64,000 nucleotides of DNA from Phallusia mammillata (GCA_965637545.1 OZ281494.1:16306001-16370000), one strand, 5' to 3'; positions 24,857 to 38,365 are shown, counted from the first letter of the stretch. Program-made: numbers and translations. Notes: generated by a model not told the origin, from the letters alone.

Positions 24857-27800
24857 TTAATAATTTTCATACACAAATACTTTGTTGGGTTCTTCGTAAT
24901 GATGGCAGTAATCTGCAAAAACAACATTTCGGTTATAACGCATAAGCGTTTTCCATGCCTTGGTCTTATTTGGGCAGCGTTTTACTTATGGTGGAGCTAC
25001 TAACACCATATCTCACGGCAAACCAAACTAGCTAAACTTTCGTAGGTGGCGCGAAGGTTGAATTATTTATTTAGCAGCCAAACACGAGTAAAGATTTTAG
25101 GTTAGAAACTAAGTTTTAAAGTTATTTCAATGCTATTTAAATGGTAATATATTATACCAACTAATCAACCCTATGCGCTAGTATTTTTTGAGTAATATTA
25201 TTTATACGCGTTATCAGTAAGAGAGTGGTTAGGTTGGGAACTTATTTCAGTATGCTTCCAAATAGGCGCAAGTGTTCTTTACATTAAACCACAATGGTAT
25301 TTAGTAAATTTGCACGGTTTGGTGTTGGTGTATTTTCTTTACTAAAAGCACATATATGACAAAACACCGCACAATTTGTAGATATATACTTATACCTTTG
25401 TTGTCTGGTGCTGTGTTAATATATTCAGGTTGCCTGACGTCGACAGTCTCATATCCATCATCCGCTGCATACGCAAAATTGTAAAAATAAATGCAGTTAA
25501 AAAGTAAATTAGTCTACAACAATGAAATGCTGTTGTTTAATAAATAAATTGTGCAAAGTTAAAACTTTTACAAAAAGTTGCTGTATGATAAGTCAAGTAT
25601 ATCGTTTTGGTAACATACTTTTAATTTCTAACTTAACGGGTATGTTATGTGTACAAAACAAATCTGTGTTTCCTAATTATTAAAACCAAAAATGATTCGA
25701 AAGTATTAGCATCTTTTGCAAGTTTACCTTGAACGGTTTGCGGTATTATGGTTGGAGTTACTTGATTTCTTTTTCTAAAACAGATGTTTGTAATCGTTGG
25801 CAGCTTGAGGCAATATTGTTCAAGCTTGTTACAAATGCATTTAATAATTACGGAAAGACAGTTAAAACCTGTAAATTTGCTTACCTGGCCAATATACAAA
25901 CAACAACCAAAAGCAAAATGATCAGGACCAATCCAGCGACAGCACTTACTGCATAAATGTACGCAGGCGTTTCTACAATAAATGTTGGAGATACAATTTT
26001 TTTGACTTGCGATGCCCCAAAAACTATTTAGAAATTTTTTCACCAATGTTGATGCTTCCCGCAATGTTGATGCCACAACTTCCTTGCACCAAGCTTACAT
26101 TACTTTCCTCACCACACATGGTAATTGCGGATATCTATAAAATGTAAAGCACAAAATATAAGCTATATTTGTTAAATTAACAAAAACTAAAAACTGTAGT
26201 TATTGAGCACTTCTTGCAGCACAAAACGTATTAATAAAATAGGGTCGCCGCTTTTATAATACGAAATATAAAGTAGTTTATACAGGTGGCAATTCAAGCT
26301 CTTGGCGCATGCACGTTCCAGCACCAAAGTGAAATTACGAAGCAAGTGTCTCATAGCTGGAAAGCCCGGCCAGATATTCGGTACACATTTTTACATTGCG
26401 CAAAATGGCAATATTATCCTGCACTTCGGTATGCACGCCCGAATCATATTCGTCGAAAAGTAGACGTGCCTCTTCTTTTCTTAACAGAAGTATGAAAAAT
26501 ATTGGGAAGGGTAAATAACTTGGGGGTAACTGCTTTGTGGGAGAGAAGTCTACCAACCGCTCGAAATGACCAGGGGTTAAAAATGCGTTTTAAGATTTAC
26601 CGCCAATGGTCTGTCAAACTTGTTCCCTTCTATCGTTATTTCAATTGAATGATGTGGAATGTAAGGCATCACCATTGAGTCATTTGTTCCATTCCCATGT
26701 GTAATGCCGTAAATCTAGAAAGTCAAAAGTTAGTTGACAAAATTAGACATAAAATGCCGTATTATGCCCTTGACTTATCATAACTAAGTTAAATGTTTTA
26801 AACATTACATGCAGCGGCTGTGTCACATTTCAACAATTGTATTTTTTTTTTGTTTCATGAGAGTGAAACAGTAAAATAATGTTTTTTTTTGTAGTTTAAT
26901 TTCAGACAAACTGCATTTACTTCATTCTGAGTTAGCCTATATTATCTTGAAATGGGAAACCGAAGCAAGCTGCATCTCATCTTGATTAAGAACCTCAAGT
27001 GAACAATTTCCGATTTTAGATACTTTAGCCAAAACAGTTGGGGGCGGCCTTTTTCGTTTGATTGTTTTCACCGGTATAGTGTTTGATGGTATAGTACAAG
27101 CGTCCAAATACAAAATTGCCTGAAAAATATATTTTGTGGTGATACTAATTTAATAAGCAATTTGTTGTGCGTAGAAAGAGCAATAGACACGTGCCACGTA
27201 GGCCTACCGTTATATTGTATTGTTTTCCTGGTGACAATCTTGCCAACTCTGCACGAAAATTGTTGAAAGGTTTAGAAAAAGCCCTGTACGAAGTTGTATC
27301 TTCTGCAGCTCTGATCTGTGACAGAAAAGTTAAATTTATTTACATTGCAACTCATGTTACACCAAACTTGTCTCGAAAGGTTCGGGCCCTGAAACAAATT
27401 CGGCAAATTTGGCCTAACGAAAAATACCTGTCAGAATGGAACTATTTACGTATTATGCATGCAAACTCGTTTCAGACGTTGTTAAATATTTGATAATGTA
27501 TAAACTGTAACAACTATAAAATTGCAGACACCATTGCTTGTTTTTCGTATACAGAAGATGAAGAACGTTTTATAATATCGGCTCTGTAAAAAGCTAGTAG
27601 TGGGACGATATGTAATCAAAAGTTAACTTTACCTCAACCCTGGAGCTCTTGTTTCCTGGAAACATGAAGTGGTTCCATTTAAATAGAACAGTTTCCGGGT
27701 TACATTTTGTAGACGTTACATTAATTGTGACTGGGGACAGATAAGCTTTGAAAGTTTTTGTGGTCTTTACAGCATGGTTCACTTTAAAAAAGGCTGGTTC

Positions 27801-30480
27801 CTTTATGTCAGGGGTGGGCAATCTTTGTCACTGTGGGGCCAAATGCAATTGCCAAAATTAGATCGCGGGCCGCACCTTTATATAACACAAGGTGATTTTA
27901 CTTCGTTGCATACCAAAAATGCCTTACTGAAAGTAAAATTTGCATTTGATTCTAGCAGCATATTGTCTGGTCGCAGAAAAATAGCACCGGGCGCACTAAT
28001 CTGCTCAGAAAATATAACAATTGGACTCCTTTGCCAGTACATTTGAAACCAAAAAGTGTCTCTGCGGGCCGCACAACTTTAAACAATTGACCGCAGGTTG
28101 CCCACCCCTGCTTTATGTTGTCCGTTAAACATCCGTCATATTTCGCATGATTGCGCTATACTCTAAATTTACCAAAAACTCTTGAAATATTTTCACTTTA
28201 GTTGGTTTGTGACACAGCAACGTTTAGGGAAGAATGACTTACATTGCAGTTGACAAACGTAGTAAGCTAATTTGCCATTGCAAGGGATGCTTTCCATTTT
28301 CCAGGTGCTCCCATAGTGAAGCACTGCTTGCTGGCAGCCGTTCTGCTTGGCCGGTATCGCCAAATAAGCACGAGATGTGTTACTCCAGCGCCAATTCTTT
28401 GTTTGTACATTGTACCTTGCTCCGAATATGACGTTGACCACTGCGAAATAAAAGTTTTATAAAACATGGGCTCACTGGGCAACCGGACATTTTGTAAAAA
28501 AAACTTGAATTTACATATGTGTCATATTTAAAAAAATGATTTTGCCTAATTGTTATATTAAGTTGGTTAACAATGTTTGGTTCTATTACCTGGAGTTAGA
28601 AATGGCAGAACAAGAGCGTCCTTTACAAATGTCTCGTTTACAGCTTTCCTGTAAAGTCGTGTGGAGTAGTCTTTTTGAGGTACGACATAAAGTTTCTCGA
28701 CGTATTTGTTCTCCTGTGTTGCCCCGTACATACTGAAGTCTTGTTTCCAACCTTGAAGACGGCAATTGGTGTTTTATTAATTTTACTACAATACGTGCTG
28801 TCAATTTTAGAACACTGCAATACGCACCAAAATCGCAACTTGTGCCGACAAAAATTGCAAATTTTTCATATTTTTCATGACAAAAGGAAATCCGAATGCG
28901 ACCTTTTGCCCATCTGCGTTCAAAATATGATATCAGATTGCAAGAGCAGCCCAAGAGCTAATTAGGGTAATGCAGATTGTTCGAGAAAATGTTCAAATTA
29001 GTGTTGGTTAAGTGTTACCGAAAATCTACAACATCACACGGCGGCTCATATTTCGCAAAATTTCGATAGGTGGCGCGAAAGCACAAATACTTATTTAAAA
29101 CAATATATTTCTAAAACTGCAGACGATTAGAGGTATTATGGTTAAGGAAGGCTATTATCATTAATAAATTCAATGAAACTAACTTTAAAACTTAGTTTCT
29201 TCAATTTGTTAAAAACTCAATTTTGTTAAAAACTATCCCTAACCCTGCCTCTGTTTGGGTGAAAAATAAATAATTTCGTTCTTACAGAAAGTTTTGTTTT
29301 GTATCACTTAAAACCAGCTTTCATAGGGTAAAAATAATAATAAAGGATCAAAACTTATTTTACCAACAACTAAGCAAAAAGGTTTACGTTTTGAAAAGTT
29401 TAAAAGAGGCAATATCCGACGAGTTAGTTACTCTGCTCCACTGCGAAACGTGAGACAGACGAGAAAAACGGTAGCTTCCCTTCGAATTGTGATATACGTA
29501 AACAGTTTGAATTTCTGCATGAAAATATGTTTTTAGTCATACTTGTCTAAAATGTTAACAATCAATAATGCACAGAGCCCCTTTAAAACGATAAAGAACA
29601 TTCGCCTAAAAGAATTAAAACATTTCAGCGAAATTTGTCATAGATCCATGGTGGTTGGTTTCGCCCCGATTCGCAGAATATTTAGGCCAAACATATCATT
29701 CTGCAGTTACCACAAAACAAAGCGCGCCACATCTACACTAAAAAGAACTATGGCATGTTTGCGGACCAATTTTAATATAAACGCCACTGTTTTCTAAACG
29801 GCAGCGACATTTCATTAATTCTTATTAAAACACTGAAAGAAAGTTTAAAATCGGCCAAGTCTTGCTAATGCTTAAAAAAGTGACATTGTCAAATCCTAGT
29901 ATAATTTACCTTGGGCGTATTTCAAATTGCTGGCACGCACGACTGCCTGAGTAATTGAACGGTTATCCAAGAATGCTAAACTGCCGTTCATATTGGAGCA
30001 TTTCTTTTCAGCTGTTAAAGCATCGCTCATGAAATCTGATAGAACAAAAAGCCTGTTCCCGATTGAAGTGATCCCTCGACTACAGCCAGAAGCCATTGTT
30101 TGGGCTGCAAAAAAATCAACATTATCATCATCTATTAATTCCTTCAGTTTTACGCGAAACCAAGTAAAACAATATTTTCTGAACAACGTTTATAATGAGT
30201 TTTCGTAGTGTTTATTTTGATCGGCAGTAGATGTCGTAGCAAAGACTTGCACTCAAAAGCAATTAAAACTTAAAAATGGCGTTCCGCAAAGAACACGGTT
30301 TAAAAATCAGACTGTTTTTAACATCCCGAGTCATAGCAACGACTCGCAAAACTTTAGGATATCCTCTTTAAGGAAACTTACGTTTAGCTTGATAAAAATC
30401 TGACATTTATACTCACCTAAAACAACTCGTCGACTAAAACATGCCAGAAACAGAAATGTGCATCCGAATATAAATTGCAT
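24857..30480 (-). CDS. Gene E: divergent CTL-CTL-FN3-FN3-TM receptor with tyrosine tail; two non-canonical donors (possible pseudogene or secreted form)
   Basis: Exon 1 at 30417-30480 (MQFIFGCTFLFLACFSRRVVL). CTL exons 29910-30104, 29388-29514, 28828-28913, 28590-28751, 28243-28440. FN3 exons 27633-27730, 27208-27315 (LSPGKQYNIT), 26946-27119. TM 25885-25972. Tail exons 25396-25464 (ADDGYETVDVRQPEYINT) and 24857-24912 (HHYEEPNKVFVYENY*). Intron phases match A-D. The boundaries of exon 10 are uncertain. Confidence 0.75.
27809..28110. mobile_element. hAT-type MITE in an intron of gene E
   Basis: TIR CAGGGGTGGGCAA ... TTGCCCACCCCTG; perfect 8-bp TSD CTTTATGT. Confidence 0.85.
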
Positions 30481-30639
30481 GTTGACTTCTGTAGCTAAAT
30501 TTCTGTTCACTCCTTCATTCTACTTCAATCAAAAGTAAACTCTCTACTGGCTTACAAACTTCTTAATTTTAGTTTGTTCGTAATTTTTCATTACAGACTT
30601 CGCGCTACAAGGCGTAAACCATCGTGTGCTGTGTCATAA

Positions 30640-30647
30640 TGACGTCA
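30640..30647. promoter_or_regulatory. Palindromic CRE (TGACGTCA) 160 bp upstream of the gene E start
   Basis: Exact CREB/ATF consensus; paralog upstream regions carry TGCGTCA variants. Function is untested. Confidence 0.3.
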
Positions 30648-31215
30648 CACGAACGAGACTTGCACATACCAGGGAACCATGTACGTTTCAACAAATTATT
30701 TGTACAAAACGTGCCATTCTGTGCATTAAAAACATCATCATCAAAAATCTGCTTTAAAACAATAATTCTCACAAAAAATATATCGATGAAGCAAAGAAAT
30801 ATTCATGAAGACGGAAACGGAGACACAATGCCAAAACGTGATAAATCGCAAAAAGTAAAGGGTACAGTGTCTGATTCAAGGGCAAATAGTTTGTAGCCAT
30901 GCCATCGTAAGATAACGTTATATGACGAGAGTTTCACATTGATGCAAGGACGGAAAGAGAGTATACATTGACAGATCTGGTCGGGTTATGGTAAACCAAC
31001 CGGTCGAGAAAATGTGTTTTGCGTCATATCGAATGTGGCGTAACCGCGTAAACAAAACTTGCACGTTGCAGAAAATCATGAGCTTACTAATAAATGTTCG
31101 TTGTTTAATTTTCCAATAGCATATATAGATAAATCAAACTTTCACCACAAAACAACGCACACAGCGAAAATAGAGTAACACAGTCAGACCACGTTTGGGA
31201 TTTTCTGCCACATCC

Positions 31216-34200
31216 TTATCGGTAGTTCGCGTATAAGTCGAATGAAGAAAGATAGCCCAAAACGACACGATAACAATACTTGTACAAGTTCTGCAAAACG
31301 ACACATTATTCTGTAATTATCTGACTCTCAGTTTTCATGTTGTATACTTAATATGATTATTTGCTAACATACCTCATTGTCCACCATTTTTGGTCTCATT
31401 ACCCTCAAGTCCTTCACTGTTCCAAACACGTCCACTCTGTTCTCAGTCTTCAAGCGTTCAAGAATATTTACAAGTGCAATGAAGGTTCCTGTCCGGGCAC
31501 ATCCGTTGCTGCAAGAGGTTTTTAGATTTGGATCAAAATGAACTTTGTTTTGACTTTATAGTATTTACCTGCAGCACGCTAGTATACTGCCTTCTTGTCG
31601 TGAAAGGTTTGTTGCCAAAGTCAAGTTTATTATTTCTATCATAGTGGAATCGCTGGGAGGCAACTCATCCTTTATCCAACCGGTAACTTGGATCATAATC
31701 AAGTTTGAAACACCCTGTTGGCGAATGGATTTAATAGAAAAATATAACAATAGGTGTCCAAAAATGTTTTTTATGCAACGATGGAATTTTAAATCGCCGT
31801 AAAGGACTAAACGATCTTGTCTTTTCTTTCGAAACTATTATGGTAAGCATGTTACGCTAAAAGTCATGCTTTGCATGCTTTGCATGCTTTGCATGCTTTG
31901 CATGCTTTGCATGCTTTGCCAGGGCCAGAGATCTATTTGTGTTTGGGGTTGTTTGATAATGTACTGTTCACGTACCAAATGTTTTGATTTGGATGAAACT
32001 GTCACTGGTACAACTTGATAACCGTTGTAGCTTTTTGATTTTCCCGAGGCCACTTGTATCTCTCCATACTGTGTAACTTCGCCATCTCTTGCAACCTGTA
32101 CGTAAACACCAAACAACTAATAGGAAATTGCGCTTCTAAAGAGTTTGTTTACCCTTTCGTTACTTCCTAGTGAAACGATGACTGATAGATTTTTGTTCAA
32201 TACAATCATCCAAAACTCTTCATCATTAACGCCAGGTTGGTAAGATGCAGAAATGAAACTCTTTGAACAACCAAGATCCTAAAAGGAAACGGCGGAAATT
32301 TTGATTGACAAGCATCAAACGAAAGTTTACAGAGAAACTTTGAGCATCAAGCGAATGTTCACACAAAACACAATAGCGTATGTAAAGATCTCATCTAAAC
32401 TTAGACAAGCTACTTTCGACAAAGATACGTACACCACTTATATAGCTGCGTGCACAAGTTGCTTGGGAAGTCATGGGCCATTAGTAAGGCATTGTAATGA
32501 ATGGCGATTGGTTTTGAGTGTAACCATAAAGTGTGACCATACATTTTTCCTTAAAAACATACAAAACAATTCGTTTATTAACAGTTCTACTAACCTGAAT
32601 ATACGAACTGGTTGCCATCGTTTCCCCACTGCTTCCTGTTTTACCTGCAACAGGTAACATTAGTAAGCCCTTTAACGAACGCGTCGAATTCAATATTAAT
32701 TGTCTACCTTTGTTACTGGCGTCACTGCTGTATTGCCAAGAATCTAGCTGCTTGTGCTCTTCTTTTGCTATTTTATTCCTAACAGCAAAGTCAGGTCATT
32801 TAAAAAGCCAGTTAATGTCGTATATAGCTACTTACAGTTGATCAGTATTAAAGCTTTGTAATTCCGCAGCCGATCTGTCGCTGTTAGGGAGTGATATATG
32901 TTCGACAATAAGTTTGTGAATGAAGACAAATTGTTCCTGAGAGCAAAATCAATTTGGATTTGAATTTGATTGCACCCTTTACTTAACAAGGTATATGTTT
33001 GATTTTACTAACCCACGATTGAACCATATCAGTTCTGTTCCTTCTCATTGCTAAAACTGTATTTGGAACATTAACTTCCCTATTGGCATCAAGTTGGTCA
33101 AAAAGAACGTCCATTGCAATGAAAGTTCCAGTGCGACCAACCCCAGCACTGGAAGTGAAAGCGAAACAATAACCTAACGTCCAAAACAAGTTAAAATGTT
33201 TTACAAACCTGCAATGAACGACAATCGGATGATTTTTATCGTGAATTTTCTCTACCATTTCACGCAAGTATATCATTGTGGACGTTGTTACCGGGATTCC
33301 GTGGTCTGGCCAAGATATGTACTGCAGCTGAACTACAGTGCGTTCCTGCTACACAAGCCAAGTTCAAAGAAAACTGCACGTTAACAAGTCAGCAAATACA
33401 AACCGTTTTCTTGTTTGTTAGGATGAATTTTCGCTGAATGATGCCACTTAGTTTGTTTTCTTCTGTGGTGCGCAACGTGAGATTACCGTGTTGTTCAGCT
33501 TCCCCATGGTTTGGCCAGTACTTCTCGCACTTTTTCTAAACAGAACACAACTTGACAAATATGGGTAGAACAAAGCTTTTCTGCTTTAGGTTGTTTTTTA
33601 GCAAAGCATTTCCACAAAAAAACATAAACAAACAATCTTTAGTATGTCTATTTCACATACTTACGCTCATTGTACAACACGTGTAGCAAGTAAGTTACGA
33701 AAATTATATGTGTAGTGTGTCTATACCTTTTCCTTTAATCCTGTAAGCATAACGATGATCGATGTGTTTTGTTCCCAAATCATCAGCCAAAAGTCATCCA
33801 TGGTGCAATTTCTTGGTCCTTGTGTGGCGATAAATTTGTTTGGCTGATCAAAACCCTGTTAGGAAAGTTTAGGTTGTAATTAAAAACTAGCCTATGCTTA
33901 AAGTAAATCCATTGATTACTCACATCAAGAAATGAGGCATTGATATAGTCATTTTCAAGTGCAGTTTGCAGCACAACTCTAGCATGATCATCTATAAACA
34001 AAAACAAAAACTGATCTTTTGTTTGTTAAGAGCTTGTTAATACAAGTAATTGTAAGTTTTGCCGTTATAACAAAGCAATAATATTTGTCAAATTATAGTA
34101 AATTGTATAAATTATATAGATGAACAAATTTCATGCGCTTTTAGCGGTAGCCGAGTTAAGCTATCTATAGCTACGTGCTATGTGCAAACGTTTCAATTCG

Positions 34201-37200
34201 ACATAAAAAAATGTTTTGTAGAAGAAAATAATTTTCAATTAACCAAACACTACAACAACCCGTCTTCCATTACTGTGATTTGCATACATTACAAGTTATT
34301 TATAGCCTAACTTACACGGAAATATATTTTTGTATCTGTTCCTTGCAGCGTTTGTTTCGAGTTTAGCTACCGCGTTTACTTTGCTTGCATCTGTTCCGTG
34401 TTTCGCGAGTTTCTGGAATGTTCCAAGAAAAGTTAAATACACAAACACAACAAACCAAGCGTGCCCGGAAGTGTTTGAGTTTACGCATACATACAAGCAA
34501 CTAGCGAACCATTCTAACGTTGCTTCAACAAAGTATTTCTGTGTATATGTTTGGTTAAAAAGGGAAATACCTTACCTGTAATTTTTGAAGTGAAAAAAAT
34601 CAAGAATAAACACATCGATACATTTTCGATTTTTAGACAGATTGCAAATTGAATAAAACATTGTTTTACAGTGTTACCTCAAATTCTTGACGAAATGCAG
34701 CATAGTTGTTGGCGCACTTTTTGAAGTAAATCCGTTGAAGGTTTTTCTTTGACGTTGAAGAACTGTTTCCGATATTTTGGTAGAGAGAAACATTACCATA
34801 CTTTTCTGCCTCTAAATAACCAAGACAGAGTTAAGATGTGTCAGTTCTTTTGCTAAAATCGTTCTGTTAACTCTTTTGCTAAAATCTTTCATTTTAATGC
34901 CCTACCACTCCTACCTGATTCAGGTAATGCGTTTTGCTCGAGTATTCCATTTGAAGGATCTTGGTTCTAAAAAAACAATACATATCATTAACATCAAACG
35001 CAGGTAAGACTTAAAACGAAGATATAACTCTACATTTAATGCCACTGCTGTGCTTGCAGTTGTCACTGTCACACGACCTTCAGCATTTTCCGAATCTTAG
35101 CAAAACAAACAAGTGTTAATCTTAAAATAGGTAAATTAGCACCGCAACAACTATTTCCATACCGTTTGTTTGAAAAGTGGCTCCCACGAAACTAGTTTTG
35201 TCCCTTTTGCACCTAAAATACATTTAGTAATTCTATAATTTTAGTTGGTATGTTTTACACAGATTTTAAAAGTTAACGACAAAAAGTGTCTTAGGTGTGT
35301 TTTTATAATTTAAAATAAATTACCTTTTCCAAATAACAATTACCAAGACCAGCAGAAGAATGAGAGCTATGACACCCCCAACAGCACCTGCAATTATTCC
35401 GATGGATGCTTTCCCGTTTTCTTGCGATATTAATTCTGATTTATTACAAAATATTATTAGCGTTTTCAGGACCGAAATTCAGTTACCAGTTTTGCGTTTA
35501 CTTCGATTTGTTGTTATAGTTTGAACTGTTGTTGGATAGCGTACAATACAAGAGCCAAATTCAACAGGACCGATAGTCCGTTTGCAATGGATCACGTACA
35601 ACTGAAGCCAAATGCAGATTTAGTTACAAAAACCGTAATTAAAAGTTTTATATTTTTACCTGAAGTGTGTACACGTAGGGTACAAGTCCAGTCAGATTAA
35701 GTACTGTGTGTCCACTTGAAACATTTTGGGTTGCTATAGTAACATTTTCACCAATACGATTGAATCGTACCTAAAAATATAAACAATTTTGTATCGCCCA
35801 TCTCTAACCAGTTTTTAAATCACACAATTTCCTTGAATCAAATTTGTCCTTGAAAAAATGCTTTCTGTGATCTTTCAAATACAATTATCGCATTACACAT
35901 ATGGTTGGTTTTGCTTAGAACAATTATTATTCATTGCGAATAATAAAAATCATTGCGAATGTATCAAATCTGAAAACATCTTTAAATGTATACAACGACA
36001 TACCTGGTAACTGTTGACTCCTTTACGATTATTTGAGGATGGAATGTAAATAGCACATGGCGTTTGTTGTGTTAAATTGGCACCGATTGCCGATACAGGC
36101 GCAGAGGTTTTCACTGACGTTTGAGCAACAACTGTTTCGCATCCTGCAACTCGCGTCGTGAGCTGTCGTAAACAAAAAACAATTAAAAATATATTGCATG
36201 TGGCAAACGATTAGGTTCTGTTAAAAAATATGTTAAAATATTTCCACCACTTTGATAAATTTCTGAAGGTATGTGATGGTATACCTCAATTCGGTAAATT
36301 GTGTTGTATTGTAATCCTCCAATTGAAATTAAACCCGTCTCAAATGTTGCATTCGTTCCAGTCGAGTGATTGGTTGAGACTGCTTTTAACTGTAATTAAA
36401 ACAATTGATAAGTAAAAAGGCAGAAAAAGTAGTTTCAAAAGATAAAATGTAAGACCTAGAGACAAATAATTTACCTGCACTGGTGTATTGCTCTGTTGAA
36501 CATAGTTGGTTGTCCAGTTTACTCGAATGGTGTCAGGGTTGCAAGTGGAAGGGCGGGCGTTGACTGTAACTAAAAGCAAGGAAATTTAATAAAATAAAGC
36601 TCAAAGTTAGGTTATAAGTGCTACAAGCTGCACTTATATGGAGGAAACGGTTGCACTGTCCACAGCAGATTGGTTTTAGATACTACTAATGTGAGTAAAC
36701 AATATATAAGAACTGAGGATACGTAAAACAAATTAGCTAACTATAACTTACAAACATCGATTATACATTATTATTAGTCTTGCAAACAAACACCAGGCAG
36801 AAGACTGTTTCGCTTTCACGCCTCCTATGCCAGCGCTTACCAAACTGCGATGTATTTGATTTTTTTAATTTGGTGAATGTAGTGTAACCTATTGTTTTCA
36901 ACTCAAATGACAAAAGAAGGCGAAGGTTGCACATAACCGTAATGTTATCTTGTCTATGGCGTATCACATTCTCCTTAGATTAGCTAGATGTCATTAACGC
37001 TGCATGTTGCTGCATCAATTAACTTAGGTTTTGACTGTTAATGGAAGCTTTCGTATTGGTAAGAGAATCTGATGGTTCACCTCTACTCAAGAGGCAAGAC
37101 CTTTTGCACAACACAATAATCTTATAGAGGGCGATATCGAGTCAGAGTCATTAAAGGAGGGACGATTCGCAAAAAAAGGTTTAAGACCACTGTATCACAG

Positions 37201-38365
37201 CTTAGGTATACGTATTATCTTTAATGCCACGGTTCTTTGCAACTTACATTCAAACTGACACGCGTAATATCCATGTACACCAGTACACTTCTTTGTTACA
37301 TCTGTCCAAGCTTCTTTATATTGGAGTGCGCTTTGCATGCAATTCGTTGAACCAGGCTGTGTTGCTGAATAAGTTTCCACAAAAACTCTAAAAACTAAAA
37401 TAATAACAATTGTTTTCTGGATTTTATAGTTTTTACCTTTTGTTCATAGATATTAAACAAAACATTTGTGGATAACTCTGGGTCTTTTGCACTCTTACAC
37501 TTACCAGGTAAGAATAAAGATTCCCATCTTATATAGTACGGCATCGAATTGTTGTCTGTGTTTTTCAACATCGAAGAATAATCGCTTGATCGGTAATTAA
37601 AAACTTCCTTAAATTTTGTAACTTCTCTCCCGTTTCCGCCATACAAAACAAATCTCTGAGTCCAACCTGTCGTATGATTTCTTTGTTGCAATAGTTAAAA
37701 AATTTCTTGTTAACAGACTCACCTCCTTCATCACTGCATTCTGTTTTTGATGTTATCCACCACATTTTTTTTTTTATGTTTTTAGGTGAGCAAAATCTTA
37801 CCCGTTGTAAACCACTATTATTTCTGTAACAATGGTAACAGTTTATGATGTCTGTAGTAATTTTACAACTAAATGCGTACGTTTTATACAAATGAATAAC
37901 TTTGATAAAATTCTGGGGTTGCGTGGTAAAATATCCCAGTTTTGCTCCACCAATGTTTGATATCCATACTTTCTGTACATCTACAAATAAACAAAAGCAA
38001 TTTACTCCTTCCTTGTTAAGGGCGACAAAACGACCTGATTTCAATTATTCAAGCGTTTACACTAACCTCCCAAATACATTTTATTCGCAGCGATAATAAG
38101 GTTTCCACGAACGGTTGGATTAGAAATGTTGGCAATTTGACCTCCTTTTCCAGTACATCTTGATTTTGCTGCATTTCCATCGACAACCTCACTCGACAAA
38201 TCAAAAACTTGATTTTCTACATTAAAGACGGAGGTACACGTTTCTAATGAAACAAACAATTGATTAATCGTGCTGTTTGCCAAAACTCTGGTCGTTTTAA
38301 TAATTACCTTGAGTGTTAACCCCGTAAAACAACAACATTAACAACCATAGCACAATTATTTCCAT
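31216..38365 (-). CDS. Gene B: full-length receptor-type protein tyrosine phosphatase with C-type lectin and FN3 ectodomain and tandem PTP domains (30 exons, 1088 aa by manual count)
   Basis: All 30 exons join in phase with GT-AG introns (3267 nt including stop). First PTP domain: [67 protein letters not shown]. Second: [18 protein letters not shown]-terminus DLYANYR* resembles the YANF end of PTPRA/PTPRE. TM exon 35324-35435. Confidence 0.92.
31866..31919. repeat. (CATGCTTTG)6 tandem repeat, intronic in gene B
   Basis: Six 9-bp units between exons 27 and 28; explains the QSM repeats in the ORF track. Confidence 0.85.

Noticed and set aside
25044-25058. CTCF-like TAGGTGGCGC sites (also about 29067 and 48191)
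   Set aside because: Only half of the consensus matches, and they may belong to a small repeat. This is insufficient evidence.
31838-31975. QSM-repeat peptide in ORF 31838-32116
   Set aside because: It is an intronic 9-bp tandem repeat after the donor at 31975.
37667-37690. Apparent acceptor mutation and frameshift at exon 5 of gene B
   Set aside because: The conserved acceptor is CAG|G(T/C/A)TGG in all copies including E, giving an in-frame 162-nt exon.
31216-38365. Assigning PTPRA, PTPRE or PTPRC (CD45) as the gene symbol
   Set aside because: The catalytic region and C-terminus resemble PTPRA/E, but the ectodomain differs and orthology needs a phylogeny.
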